A stretch of DNA of 54,733 nucleotides from Candidatus Woesearchaeota archaeon (GTDB taxonomy: Archaea > Nanobdellota > Nanobdellia > Pacearchaeales > GW2011-AR1), in the NCBI GenBank assembly GCA_964437555.1, contig CAYTHI010000005.1, forward strand, positions 1 to 54,733, read 5' to 3'. Position 1 is the first letter of the stretch. Each line of letters begins with the position of its first letter. Below the pieces are notes generated by a model. It searched no databases, was not told the DNA's origin, and saw nothing but the letters and a program-made list of their open reading frames with translations. The translations under genes were made by a program, and so were the position numbers. Below, piece after piece: positions 27,472 through 36,864 of this stretch.

Positions 27472-28857
27472 TTAAGACATTATCTTTCTTAAGGCAGGGT
27501 GCATATCCAATGCATGCTGCTGTGCTATGTTCTGATAAAGCTGATATATTATCATTACTCCTAATAATATTGCTGTTCCGGATGTTAAGGCTCCAAATAG
27601 GTCGGCAAAAGCAGCAAGCGCCCCGATAGCAAGCCCGCCCATAATTGTTAATGGTAGGATATATCTGGCAAGAATAATCTCCAAGACGCGCTGGTCTCTC
27701 CTGAAGCCGGGTAATTGCAGGCCTGAAGAGATTATATTTTTTGCTTGGCTTGAAGCGTCCATTCCAGATGTCTTGACCCAAAAGACAGCAAACAATGTTG
27801 AGAAGAACATATACACCAATAGATGTCCCAATCCTCTAAACACCTGAGATATTTCAAGGCTGTTTCTTATGGCAAGCTCGATTACATTTGGCGCAAAAAT
27901 CCAGTAAGCCAACCCAGAGAGAGGTATACCCTGCGAGAAGCTTCCAAGGAATGTAGCATGCCCAAGCCAGTTTTCCAAAAGTCCCGCAAATAACTGGAAG
28001 TTTGCCAATAATGCTGCAGTTAAAATTACAGGAATTGTGGAAGCATAGAAAAATGCAAGAGGCCATTTGACTCCATAGCCTCTTAGCCTGTCATATGTAA
28101 GCGGAATTTCAACTTTCAAACTCTGGGCCCAGACCACTAATAAAAATATTAAAGCAGTCACAAATATGGTTGCAGCCGCAGAGAGCGCTTCTGTTGGAGC
28201 CCCATTTATAATTGACTGTATGAAAATCAAAACTTTTCCAGTGCATGGAGTCCCTGCAAAATCCGCCAGGCAGTTCTGCCCCTCGGTTCCTACAAATTGG
28301 AATAATCCGGTAAACAATCTCCAAGCCACTCCGGCAACAATGAATAAGGAAACTCCAGAGCCAAATCCCCATTTTTGCACAACTTCATCCATATAAAATA
28401 TTGCCAATCCTCCGAGAATAAGCTGAAAGATTACAATTTTTTCATATCCTGCAGAAGCTTCAAGTCCTCTCATAACAACATATACTATTGCTTCAAAAAC
28501 TATAAAGAAAAGAACTCCTATTTTTTGTATTCCGTGAAAATATTTTCTGCCTTCCTCAGTTTTTGTATCTATCTTTAATATTCCTGATCCGGCTAAAAGC
28601 TGCAAAATTATGGAAGATGTGACGATTGGCCCGATTCCAAGGCTGATTACGCTTCCGAAATCAGTTCCTAAAATAATCGCAAGATGCTCAAACCTGCCAA
28701 GCGCATTTACGGACAAGCCGTATAATTTTATATTGGCAAGTATAAAAAACGAAGCAATTATCATTAAGGTCCATTTTAGCTTAGTATTAAAGTCAACTTT
28801 TTTTTCACTCGGTTTTGAAACCTCTGGAATATACTGGATTATTGTCTTCAGCACCAT
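27472..28857 (-). CDS. secY: Preprotein translocase SecY
   Basis: LGIGPIVTSSIILQLL, KWGFGSGVSLFI, FFYAS.IP, PGFRRD, SGT.ILL. Confidence 0.96.
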   Translation of the reverse strand: MVLKTIIQYIPEVSKPSEKKVDFNTKLKWTLMIIASFFILANIKLYGLSVNALGRFEHLAIILGTDFGSVISLGIGPIVTSSIILQLLAGSGILKIDTKTEEGRKYFHGIQKIGVLFFIVFEAIVYVVMRGLEASAGYEKIVIFQLILGGLAIFYMDEVVQKWGFGSGVSLFIVAGVAWRLFTGLFQFVGTEGQNCLADFAGTPCTGKVLIFIQSIINGAPTEALSAAATIFVTALIFLLVVWAQSLKVEIPLTYDRLRGYGVKWPLAFFYASTIPVILTAALLANFQLFAGLLENWLGHATFLGSFSQGIPLSGLAYWIFAPNVIELAIRNSLEISQVFRGLGHLLVYMFFSTLFAVFWVKTSGMDASSQAKNIISSGLQLPGFRRDQRVLEIILARYILPLTIMGGLAIGALAAFADLFGALTSGTAILLGVMIIYQLYQNIAQQHALDMHPALRKIMS

Positions 28858-28896
28858 GATTATATTAATTAAACGGGTTTTTTAAAGTTTGATGAG

Positions 28897-29367
28897 TTAA
28901 TTTGCTTTCTTTCCTTTATCAGCCAGGATTATCTCTCCGCCCGCTTTTCTTACTTTCTCAATAGCGCTTTGCGAAGCTGCCTTGGCTTTTATTACAATTT
29001 TTGCCTTAACATTTCCTGTTGAAAGAATCTTATATTCGCTCAAATCAATTTCATAACCTTCCTGATTCTTTTTCGCCTTGCCATTCCTGATAAAACTATC
29101 TAATCTGTCCAATACCTTTCTCAAATCTAAAGCAGGAATCTTATTTGGATTTCTTCCTGCAAGGGGAATTTCTTTTCCAAAATAGTCATTGCCATACTCA
29201 TTAATCACCAAGCTTTTCTTTTGGCCTGCCTTCTTCCCGGTTCCCGCCATTCCTACTCCTCCTCGGTGACCCTTTCCTCTTGCTTTTTTTTTGAATCCCC
29301 GGCCATGAGTGTGAGTTCCCCTGAATCTTGTTGCTTTTTTTCTTCTCTTAATTTTCATCATACTCAT
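28897..29367 (-). CDS. rpl15: 50S ribosomal protein uL15
   Basis: RGTHTHGRG...RGKGHRGG.GMAG, SA.EKV..AGG; GGAGG SD 7 nt before 29367. Confidence 0.92.
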   Translation of the reverse strand: MSMMKIKRRKKATRFRGTHTHGRGFKKKARGKGHRGGVGMAGTGKKAGQKKSLVINEYGNDYFGKEIPLAGRNPNKIPALDLRKVLDRLDSFIRNGKAKKNQEGYEIDLSEYKILSTGNVKAKIVIKAKAASQSAIEKVRKAGGEIILADKGKKAN

Positions 29368-29551
29368 CTTCAAACCCTCCTGTCATTATTTTTTCTTTTT
29401 CCTCCTTAAGGTATCCTGGGACCTTTGTGAAAGAATTCATTTTCCAGCACTTATCGCACTCGTCAGGCGCAGCATTGTTATAAAGCAGATTACCGCATTG
29501 GCATTCCCACATCATCTTGCTGCTCTTGCTCATTTTTTTCTTTGCCATCAT
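29348..29551 (-). CDS. Small rubredoxin-like/zinc-ribbon protein
   Basis: WECQCG...APDECDKC; overlaps the uL30 stop and uL15 start. Confidence 0.65.
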   Translation of the reverse strand: MMAKKKMSKSSKMMWECQCGNLLYNNAAPDECDKCWKMNSFTKVPGYLKEEKEKIMTGGFEDEYDEN

Positions 29552-29961
29552 AGCATCCTCTCCACAAGCTCACTTATTTTAATATTTTCCCCAAGAACTC
29601 CTTTGCCTTTCCCGGCATGTTTTTTGGACTCAATTCCTTTTCTGGGAGGATGAAGCCTGAAAAACGGCTTTATTCCAATATCCTCAAAACTCTTTTTCCC
29701 TAAATCCTGGACTATTTTCTTGCTGTCAGCTTCTTTCTTATTTATTGAAATGCTCCTGTGCTTTACAAGTTTTTCAAGAGCTTCCTCACTTATTCTTCCG
29801 TATGAAATATAATCTTTAACGTTTCTTAACAGCTTTAAGCTTTCTGCGCTGTCTTCAAGCAGAACAGCAGTATATTTTCTTCTCAATCTCATTCTGTGAA
29901 GAGTTTCTTCAATTTTTTCAGGAACATCAACCATTCCTTTTATTCTTATTGCTATTATCAT
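29548..29961 (-). CDS. rpl30: 50S ribosomal protein uL30
   Basis: IAIRIKG, TL..MRL, FRLHPPRKG. Confidence 0.93.
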   Translation of the reverse strand: MIIAIRIKGMVDVPEKIEETLHRMRLRRKYTAVLLEDSAESLKLLRNVKDYISYGRISEEALEKLVKHRSISINKKEADSKKIVQDLGKKSFEDIGIKPFFRLHPPRKGIESKKHAGKGKGVLGENIKISELVERML

Positions 29962-29962
29962 T

Positions 29963-30754
29963 TTATTTATTCACCTCGCTGGTTTTTCTCAATGCATCTA
30001 AGCATGCTTTAGCCAGATTTATTGTGGTTCTTACATTTCCGTCCGTTTCAGTATAGATATCCTTGATTCCCGCCAGTCTTAATATTTTCTTTACTTCATC
30101 TCCCGCAACCAATCCTGTTCCCTGAGGAGCAGGTCTTAATCTAATTCTGACGCTTCCCGCCTTGCCTTCAATAACAAAAGGAATTGTATGGGGTTCAGAG
30201 CATAAGCAGTCAAAGTGAGCGCATCCTCTTTCAACTTTAATAATATTTAGCTTCGCATTTCTCACTGCCTTCTCTCTTGCAGGCAGAGTTTCCTTAGAGC
30301 GTCCGTATCCGATTCCAACATGCCCGTTTTTATCGCCGACAACAGCCATAGCAGAGAAAGTCAGGACGTTTCCTTCTTTTGTTTTTTTCTGAGTCTGTCT
30401 CCAGGCTCTTCTTTTTCCTCCTCCAAACTTGCCTTTTGCCTGCCCTACAAGAAGCATGTCCTGCTCAAGCTTGATTAATAGGTCAACTATTTCAGATTCA
30501 AGTATTTTCTTTCTATTGCTAAGAATATTGTCTATGCTTTTTTCCTTGCCCGATTTAACATCTTTTCCTAATTGTGTTTTCGGAACCCACGAGCCAAGCT
30601 TCTGCTGCAGCATTTCCTTCTCTTTCTCTTTCTTAACTTCTTCATAGCTTAGCTTACCTTCAATTTCCTCAATCGCAGTCTTTTCCTTTTCCACTTCTTC
30701 AGGAACAGGTTCTATTAAATCTTTCAAATTGTTTTTTGTTTCTTTTTCCGCCAT
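29963..30754 (-). CDS. rps5: 30S ribosomal protein uS5
   Basis: WVPKTQLG, VVGDKNGHVG, PAPQGTGLV, LAGIKD. Confidence 0.95.
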   Translation of the reverse strand: MAEKETKNNLKDLIEPVPEEVEKEKTAIEEIEGKLSYEEVKKEKEKEMLQQKLGSWVPKTQLGKDVKSGKEKSIDNILSNRKKILESEIVDLLIKLEQDMLLVGQAKGKFGGGKRRAWRQTQKKTKEGNVLTFSAMAVVGDKNGHVGIGYGRSKETLPAREKAVRNAKLNIIKVERGCAHFDCLCSEPHTIPFVIEGKAGSVRIRLRPAPQGTGLVAGDEVKKILRLAGIKDIYTETDGNVRTTINLAKACLDALRKTSEVNK

Positions 30755-31240
30755 TTATTTTTTTATTTCTCCTTTCACTTTATCAAATATTTTTGATAAT
30801 TTTTCATTTTTTGTGATGAATTCTTCCTTTGGCAGGGATTCTTCATCACAAGGAATTTTAATTCCGGCATCTATTGTTCCCTTCATCACAGCATAAATTC
30901 TTCCTTTATGAACATTTCTCTGGAGGCCAATGTCAAGAATAGCGCTATTTACTTTAGCTTTTTTAGCCAAAAGCATTCCGGTTAGATAAGCTGCCATTCT
31001 GCTCTTTAAGCTGCCTTCAAATTCTTTTGGCCATCCGAAAGCCAATAAATCTTTGGATGTAACTCCCGCAACAATTTTGTCCTGGGCAACTTCACTTTCT
31101 ACGATTTGCGCAATTATATATCTGTTAGTTTTTCTTACAACTAATCTAAGCTTTCCGCTCTTCAAAAGGCCAAGTCTTGCCTTATAATCAGTAAGAAAAT
31201 GCTTTCTTCTCCTTCTTATTGTTCTTCCTATTTTTCTCAT
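30755..31240 (-). CDS. rpl18: 50S ribosomal protein uL18
   Basis: TDYKARL.LL, RLVVRKTN, AAYLTG, LDIGL. Confidence 0.95.
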   Translation of the reverse strand: MRKIGRTIRRRRKHFLTDYKARLGLLKSGKLRLVVRKTNRYIIAQIVESEVAQDKIVAGVTSKDLLAFGWPKEFEGSLKSRMAAYLTGMLLAKKAKVNSAILDIGLQRNVHKGRIYAVMKGTIDAGIKIPCDEESLPKEEFITKNEKLSKIFDKVKGEIKK

Positions 31241-31647
31241 TTGCTTTCTCCCTTAATTTGCGAAATTCTGTCCTTTAAATATGTTTTATTCCTGAATGTT
31301 TTTGCTTTTATTTCCTTTCTCAGCATCCTGTATTTCTCTTTAGTCAAACTTTCTCTGATTTCTCCAAGGTATCTTCTTAATTTTCTTGTAAGAATAACAT
31401 ACTCTCTCTTGCTGTTCTTTTGTTTTTTCTTTATGCTTCCGGCTCTTCTTCTCGTCTTCCTGCTATACTTTTGCTTTCTTCCTTTTACTTCTTTTACAAC
31501 TATTGCTCCATCTTTGGCTAAATCTCTTATATCCTGCTTTGTTATCGCTTCTTTTATCTCATCTAATCTTGCTGAGTTGAAAAATATTCTTCCCCTTCCC
31601 ACATTTAGAGTTCTTGCCGCAAGATTTTTCTTTTTTTCAAGATTCAT
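31237..31647 (-). CDS. rpl19e: 50S ribosomal protein eL19
   Basis: LAA..L.VG..RI, AITKQDIR.L. Confidence 0.92.
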   Translation of the reverse strand: MNLEKKKNLAARTLNVGRGRIFFNSARLDEIKEAITKQDIRDLAKDGAIVVKEVKGRKQKYSRKTRRRAGSIKKKQKNSKREYVILTRKLRRYLGEIRESLTKEKYRMLRKEIKAKTFRNKTYLKDRISQIKGESK

Positions 31648-31991
31648 TTTCTGTCTCCTGTTCTGATATTTAATATATGTATCTTCATCTCTTCCGCTTT
31701 CCTCAAAAGCTCAATTTTCTTTCTTGCTCCTATCTTTGCAATCACAGCTCCCTCTCCTTTCTTTATAGAGTTTAGTTGCTTTATGTTGTGAACAAGTACC
31801 GGGTTTAGATTTTTTACCTTTCCTTTCGAGCCTGACTTGGTTCTGTAGCCAACAGAAGGCTTTGCAGAGTATCCTCTTCTCTTATCCCTTATCTTGTTGT
31901 GCATTCCTCTTGCTTTTCTCCACTTCTGTAATTTTTTTCTTTTCTTTCCGAGCCTTGAATGCCTCCAATAGTCTGTTCTTAAAAATTTCAT
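31644..31991 (-). CDS. rpl32e: 50S ribosomal protein eL32
   Basis: F.R.D, KWRKARG.HNKIR, P.VGY. Confidence 0.92.
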   Translation of the reverse strand: MKFLRTDYWRHSRLGKKRKKLQKWRKARGMHNKIRDKRRGYSAKPSVGYRTKSGSKGKVKNLNPVLVHNIKQLNSIKKGEGAVIAKIGARKKIELLRKAEEMKIHILNIRTGDRK

Positions 31992-32533
31992 TTGCCTTCT
32001 CCTGAATGTTTTTCAATAATGAATATACCGTCCTGAAATATCCTTCTGTCTCTTCCTGTAATGCTTGTTGCTCTCTCAATATTTGCAGCGGTCTGCCCTG
32101 CTGCCTCCAAATCATGTCCTGAAACAAATATTTCCTTGCCCTTGACTTCAACTTTTATGCCTTCACAGATTTTTGCTTCTCTCGTCTTTTTTTCACCGAG
32201 AAAGTTGCCTACCACAATTTTGTTTCCTTCAACTTTTGCAGTTATTGGAAAATGAACAAAGCATATCTCCATCTTATAGACAAAATCCTTCTCAATGCCT
32301 TTAAACATATTCCTTATATGCGCAATGTTGCTCTTGATTTTCTTTATATCTGTTTTATTTGATTTTTCTTTGGTAAAAAGTATTTTCTTGTCTTCCACTT
32401 TTATTTTAACATCAGGAAGAAATATTCTTCTTTTTATTTCCCTGCTGCCCTTTCTGCATACAAGCTCATCATCTGAATAAGTAAATTCAATTCCGTGCGG
32501 AATTTCAACAGATTCTTCATATTTTTTTTTCAT
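31988..32533 (-). CDS. rpl6: 50S ribosomal protein uL6
   Basis: HIRNMFKG, HFPI, NFLGEK, GQTAANIE, DRRIFQDGI. Confidence 0.95.
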   Translation of the reverse strand: MKKKYEESVEIPHGIEFTYSDDELVCRKGSREIKRRIFLPDVKIKVEDKKILFTKEKSNKTDIKKIKSNIAHIRNMFKGIEKDFVYKMEICFVHFPITAKVEGNKIVVGNFLGEKKTREAKICEGIKVEVKGKEIFVSGHDLEAAGQTAANIERATSITGRDRRIFQDGIFIIEKHSGEGK

Positions 32534-32534
32534 T

Positions 32535-32909
32535 TTAATAGAAGTATGCTATAATGCTTCCCCCGATATTTTTTTCAATTGCAGTATGATGAGTTATAAG
32601 GCCATGGCTGGTTGAAATTATTAAAATTCCAAGGCCTCTTCCGGGAAGGTATCTTCTCATATATTTTTCAACATCTTTCGCCTTTACAAGGTATCTTGGC
32701 TTCACAGCAAGGCAATAGTTCAGCTTTCCTATTTCTATAACCAGTTCTTCTTTTTCCATCCTGTAATCCTTTATGTATCCCTTTAGTTTGCCTATCGCAA
32801 GAATAGAAATTAGGAACTTTGAATGCTTTTTCAGATTGACAGAGTTCTTGCCTGATTTTTTGGCATTCATTACCTGATTTAGCGCATCTGCAATTATATC
32901 TTCTGACAT
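32535..32909 (-). CDS. rps8: 30S ribosomal protein uS8
   Basis: DIIADAL..MNA, KPRY, YLP, ISTSHG, GG.IIAY.Y. Confidence 0.95.
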   Translation of the reverse strand: MSEDIIADALNQVMNAKKSGKNSVNLKKHSKFLISILAIGKLKGYIKDYRMEKEELVIEIGKLNYCLAVKPRYLVKAKDVEKYMRRYLPGRGLGILIISTSHGLITHHTAIEKNIGGSIIAYFY

Positions 32910-32910
32910 T

Positions 32911-33189
32911 TTAGTTTAATCTTACCTCTAATAATGATTTATATTCTTCAAAGTCTGGATGAGCATTTTTAAGTCCTATACACAACTCTCTTTGGTAAAC
33001 CCCTTGGATATCATCAATTTGGTATACATTTACTTCAATTACTTGTTCTCCATCAACGCTTGTTTGCCTTATCAAAATAGGTCTTGTTTTATCATTATCT
33101 GCTATCATATAGGACATGTCTGTATTCCATGCTTCTACAACTTCTCCAATCTCAAAATCTTCTCCTACCATCATAAATTTTCTTGTCAT
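32911..33189 (-). CDS. Hypothetical protein inserted between rps14 and rps8
   Basis: 92-aa ORF filling the gap exactly with TAAAATG junctions on both sides. Confidence 0.7.
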   Translation of the reverse strand: MTRKFMMVGEDFEIGEVVEAWNTDMSYMIADNDKTRPILIRQTSVDGEQVIEVNVYQIDDIQGVYQRELCIGLKNAHPDFEEYKSLLEVRLN

Positions 33190-33190
33190 T

Positions 33191-33421
33191 TTAGCTGTAT
33201 TTAATAAAGCCCATTTCCTCCGCGATTTCTCTGAAGCATTGCCTGCATAAGTTTATGTTATACTGGCCAAGATGCGCGCCAAATCTTCCGCATCTCTCAC
33301 ATTTTTTTCTGGCTGTTCCTGTAGACCTGTCTTTTGGCTTATTATGCTTTAAAAACTTCTTAAATTTTACAGGCTTGCTTTTCAGCTGTCTTGCTATTTT
33401 ATTCCAGTCGCTTGCTCCCAT
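33191..33421 (-). CDS. rps14: 30S ribosomal protein uS14
   Basis: CERCG...[18 protein letters not shown]. Confidence 0.95.
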   Translation of the reverse strand: MGASDWNKIARQLKSKPVKFKKFLKHNKPKDRSTGTARKKCERCGRFGAHLGQYNINLCRQCFREIAEEMGFIKYS

Positions 33422-33422
33422 A

Positions 33423-33935
33423 TTAAATGAATTTCGTTCCGAAATTTTCCTCCATATAATTAATTATTTCTTTTCTTGTTATATCCTGCCTTTTCGGAAC
33501 TTTGCCCTGCTTTATTTTCTTCCTTCTTACTCTTAATCCTGCTCTTTCAATAACAATAGTAACATTAAAGCCCCTTATTCCAATATCTCTGCTGTATTCC
33601 AATCCCGGAACATCAATGTATTCTTTTATTCCGAATGAAATTTGATTTTCTGACGCCTGCCTCTTCTTTAGCGTATTGTCTGCTCCTGCAAGCATCTGCT
33701 TTAATATTTCTATAGCTTTTTTGCCTCTTAATGTTATTCTTGCTCCGAGAGGCATCATTGGCTTGACATTAAAAGCAGGAATTCTTGCATTTGGTCCTGA
33801 CTTTGTTATCTCTGCTTTTCTTTTAGTAATCTTTTCAAGCAACTTTGCAGATTTATCTAATTCGGTTCCGCTTGCTCCGGCGCTCAAAACAACTTTAACT
33901 ATTTTGAAATTTCTCATAATGTTTTCCTTTTCCAT
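33423..33935 (-). CDS. rpl5: 50S ribosomal protein uL5
   Basis: [30 protein letters not shown]. Confidence 0.95.
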   Translation of the reverse strand: MEKENIMRNFKIVKVVLSAGASGTELDKSAKLLEKITKRKAEITKSGPNARIPAFNVKPMMPLGARITLRGKKAIEILKQMLAGADNTLKKRQASENQISFGIKEYIDVPGLEYSRDIGIRGFNVTIVIERAGLRVRRKKIKQGKVPKRQDITRKEIINYMEENFGTKFI

Positions 33936-34552
33936 TATCTGGCAATCAGATTGCTCTGCGCAATCTGAACCTCCTTTCCCTCTATCAGTAATGTAACCTT
34001 CTTGCCTTCAACTTCTTTGATTTTTCCTTCTTTTCCCTTGCTCTTTCCCGAGAAGATTAATGCATTTCTGCCTTTTTCTAAAGGAATAACTTCTTTTATT
34101 TTATTGTCAAATCCAAGCTTTATGCTGTCTCCCACATCAGCTTTGTTAGATGATATTATGTTTGTGCCGTCATGCAGATTTATCTGTATCTTTTTGCCTT
34201 TAACATTTCTTTTCCCTATAATCTTAGCTATTCTATAATCGTTTTTTGTTTCTTCCAGCGCAAATCTTCCTGTTTGTTTTACGGTTAAAATATATTTATT
34301 TCCAGCTTCAATAATATTGAAAAGCTTTACGCTTTCCCTGAAATCGTTAACAGGTCTTGCATTTATTTTTATTAATTTATTTTGAATCATTAGTTTAACT
34401 TCTCTCAAATCAATCGCCAGATTAAGCATGTCTCTGACAGCTATAACTACAGGAATTCCTTTATCAGTATGGCTTAATGCTCTGGCTACATATTTAGTTC
34501 CCTTTCTCGATATTGGAACCATTCTTGTTATTTTATTTCTCTTTAGGTGCAT
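33935..34552 (-). CDS. rps4e: 30S ribosomal protein eS4
   Basis: MHLKR, P...VRD.L, QINLHDG.N, G...GKEG. Confidence 0.92.
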   Translation of the reverse strand: MHLKRNKITRMVPISRKGTKYVARALSHTDKGIPVVIAVRDMLNLAIDLREVKLMIQNKLIKINARPVNDFRESVKLFNIIEAGNKYILTVKQTGRFALEETKNDYRIAKIIGKRNVKGKKIQINLHDGTNIISSNKADVGDSIKLGFDNKIKEVIPLEKGRNALIFSGKSKGKEGKIKEVEGKKVTLLIEGKEVQIAQSNLIAR

Positions 34553-34949
34553 TTTTTTTCTCCCCGCTCTTTTCTTCCTTCCTGTTTTTCAATCTTTTTC
34601 TGTCATCTAAATTTAATGAGATTATCTGCAGATTGCTTGGCTCAAAATAAATCTTTATTTTTGTTCCGTCTCTTTTCTTCTTGTTTATTCCTTCAATTGC
34701 AATCTTTGCTCTCTTTACATCAACAGATTCTACTTTTCCTTTCTTGTCTCTTGAATTTCCTCTCATGACAAGCACTTCATCGCCTTTTCTTACAGCAATG
34801 CTTCTCTTGCCATGCTTCTTTCTTAATTCCTTGGACAAATGAGCGCTTAAAAAGCTGCGTCTTATATGAAATGGTGCATTGAGCCTGTATTTCCTCTGCT
34901 TCCTTACCTGCCTGCTTGCTGTCCATGAAGTGGAAAATCGGTTTTTCAT
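34533..34949 (-). CDS. rpl24: 50S ribosomal protein uL24
   Basis: RKQRKYR.NAP, LSKELR, VRKGDEV.VMRG, PSNL.I. Confidence 0.95.
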   Translation of the reverse strand: MKNRFSTSWTASRQVRKQRKYRLNAPFHIRRSFLSAHLSKELRKKHGKRSIAVRKGDEVLVMRGNSRDKKGKVESVDVKRAKIAIEGINKKKRDGTKIKIYFEPSNLQIISLNLDDRKRLKNRKEEKSGEKKNAPKEK

Positions 34950-35347
34950 AGTACGAATTGCGCTATCTTAGCGACTGTTGTCCACCTTTCAGCTACCTCT
35001 CTTGCAATAGGGCCTTTTATTTGAGTCCCTTTCGGATTTGCTTTTTCATCTTTCATTAAAGCAACCGCATTGTCTTCAAACATTACTCTCTCCCCTGTTT
35101 TTCTCTTGTATGCCATTTTCTGGCGTATAACTATTGCATCAAAAACTTCTCCTTTCATTTTCGGGTCTCCTTTTCTCACAGAAACTTTTATTCTGTCTCC
35201 GACTTTTGCATACTGCTGTCTTCCTTTTGTTGTTTTTCCGCCTTTAACTCCGGTTATTCTTACTATTCTTGCGCCGCTATTATCGCTGGCTAAAACAAGG
35301 CTTCCCACATTCAATCCTCTTGTTATCGTCGCAGATACTGCTTTCAT
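34946..35347 (-). CDS. rpl14: 50S ribosomal protein uL14
   Basis: DNSGAR, VGD, IRQK, FEDNA, PKGT.IKGP.AREV. Confidence 0.96.
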   Translation of the reverse strand: MKAVSATITRGLNVGSLVLASDNSGARIVRITGVKGGKTTKGRQQYAKVGDRIKVSVRKGDPKMKGEVFDAIVIRQKMAYKRKTGERVMFEDNAVALMKDEKANPKGTQIKGPIAREVAERWTTVAKIAQFVL

Positions 35348-35652
35348 TGTTCTTTTCTCCTGATTACTTCTGTCACTATGAACTTGATTATCTTGCTAAG
35401 AGGCCTGCATTCCTGGATTTTTACATAATCTCCTTCTTCAACTTTCATGTTATCAGGGATTCTTGCATGGAACTTTGTCTTCTTCAATGCAAATCTTTCA
35501 TACTTAGGAACTCTTACTGTTCTTTCTGATTCAATAACAGCTCTTCCTGGGAATTTCTTTATTACATATCCCTGGAAAGTTCTGCCTCTGGTTCCGACTA
35601 TCTTTTTCTTCTTTCCTTCTCTTACTTCCATTTTTGTCTCTATTGCTTTCAT
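35344..35652 (-). CDS. rps17: 30S ribosomal protein uS17
   Basis: RGR.FQG.V, PKYERF, HA, GD.V.I.ECRPLSK. Confidence 0.95.
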   Translation of the reverse strand: MKAIETKMEVREGKKKKIVGTRGRTFQGYVIKKFPGRAVIESERTVRVPKYERFALKKTKFHARIPDNMKVEEGDYVKIQECRPLSKIIKFIVTEVIRRKEQ

Positions 35653-35681
35653 TGTTCTCTTCTCTTTTTTCCTGTGAGCTA

Positions 35682-35981
35682 TCAGTCGCTTATGGACTCT
35701 TCCGGGAAGCCCAGTTTTATCAAAGCCGCTTTTACTTTCTTCAGGTGATTCCCTTGCAGTTCAATGACGCCGTCTTTAACAGTGCCTCCGCACGCAAGTT
35801 CTTCCTTAAGTGCCTTTGCTGTTGCCTTGATATCGATGCTTTTGTCAAAACCAGATACAAGCGTAATTGTCTTGCCGTATCTTCGGTTTTCACTTGACAC
35901 CCTTATCTTCTGCTCGCTTTTTGCGAGGTCTTCCCATGCGATAGCATCGACAGGCATCCCTGTCTTTGGATCTATCTCCAT
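35682..35981 (-). CDS. sui1: Translation initiation factor aIF1 (SUI1)
   Basis: RRYGK.IT, LK..LACGGT, IELQGNH. Confidence 0.93.
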   Translation of the reverse strand: MEIDPKTGMPVDAIAWEDLAKSEQKIRVSSENRRYGKTITLVSGFDKSIDIKATAKALKEELACGGTVKDGVIELQGNHLKKVKAALIKLGFPEESISD

Positions 35982-35983
35982 GA

Positions 35984-36184
35984 CTATTCATTCACCCCCT
36001 GCTTTTTTGCAGAGTTGGTGAATGTCAATAGTCGCGCAATTGCCTTTTTAACCTCTTTGGTCTTGGAATTTGCTTTGTTTGCAGTCACATTTGCCCTCGT
36101 CAATGCAAGTTTGAGCTCCTTCATCTTGCCTTCAATATCTTTCTTGCTCATTTTTTCTATATCCTTATACTTTAAGAGGCTCAT
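35984..36184 (-). CDS. rpl29: 50S ribosomal protein uL29
   Basis: I.KMS...L..EL, KK.IARLLT; position after rps3. Confidence 0.9.
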   Translation of the reverse strand: MSLLKYKDIEKMSKKDIEGKMKELKLALTRANVTANKANSKTKEVKKAIARLLTFTNSAKKQGVNE

Positions 36185-36864
36185 TTTCTCACCTTTCTGG
36201 ATTTTTTCTTCTTTGGCTCTTCAGCAATCTTTTCAGGAGCAATAGCAGCACTTCTTAGCATGCTTCTTAGCTGGTCATCAATAACTATTCTGTCATGAAT
36301 CTTAGCATCAGGAGGCAATATGCTGACTTTTATTCCTATAACTCCCTGCATTGTCTCTGCCTGTGCTTGAGCTCTCTTTACTACTTTTGAAGGCTCGCCT
36401 GTTTTCTTCAGATAACCCTGCGCAAATCTCCAGCTTCTTGCCCTGTCGCTTGGAAGCTTGCCGGATAAAACTACTTCCGCTCCTAACGCGCCAGCGCCCA
36501 TAATTCCTTGCAGTGTTTTATAAGCAACTATTTTAAATTTCAAAGAGCCTTTTCTTTCCAAATCCAATGCTATCATATCTGCAACTAACTGCGCGTCCAA
36601 GTATGCAACAAGAATATCTTTTATTTCTAAATGAGGATTATCAAGCTTAAATCTTTTTTTCAGGACAGTTGTCATCTCCTTTATTTTTTCCCCTCTTCTT
36701 CCAATTAAAATCCCTGGCTTATTTGTTGATACAATTATCTTTTCTCCGACAGGTGTATATTCTATTGAAACCCCGCTTATTCTTCCTTTTCCAAGCGCGT
36801 TTTTTATATACTCCTTGACTCCTAATTCTTCTTTCTTAAATGAAACAAATTTTTTCTCTTCCAT
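36181..36864 (-). CDS. rps3: 30S ribosomal protein uS3
   Basis: TPVG, KPG.LIGRRG, GA.G.E..LSGKL...RA, GYLKK.G, GVIGIKV.I. Confidence 0.95.
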   Translation of the reverse strand: MEEKKFVSFKKEELGVKEYIKNALGKGRISGVSIEYTPVGEKIIVSTNKPGILIGRRGEKIKEMTTVLKKRFKLDNPHLEIKDILVAYLDAQLVADMIALDLERKGSLKFKIVAYKTLQGIMGAGALGAEVVLSGKLPSDRARSWRFAQGYLKKTGEPSKVVKRAQAQAETMQGVIGIKVSILPPDAKIHDRIVIDDQLRSMLRSAAIAPEKIAEEPKKKKSRKVRK

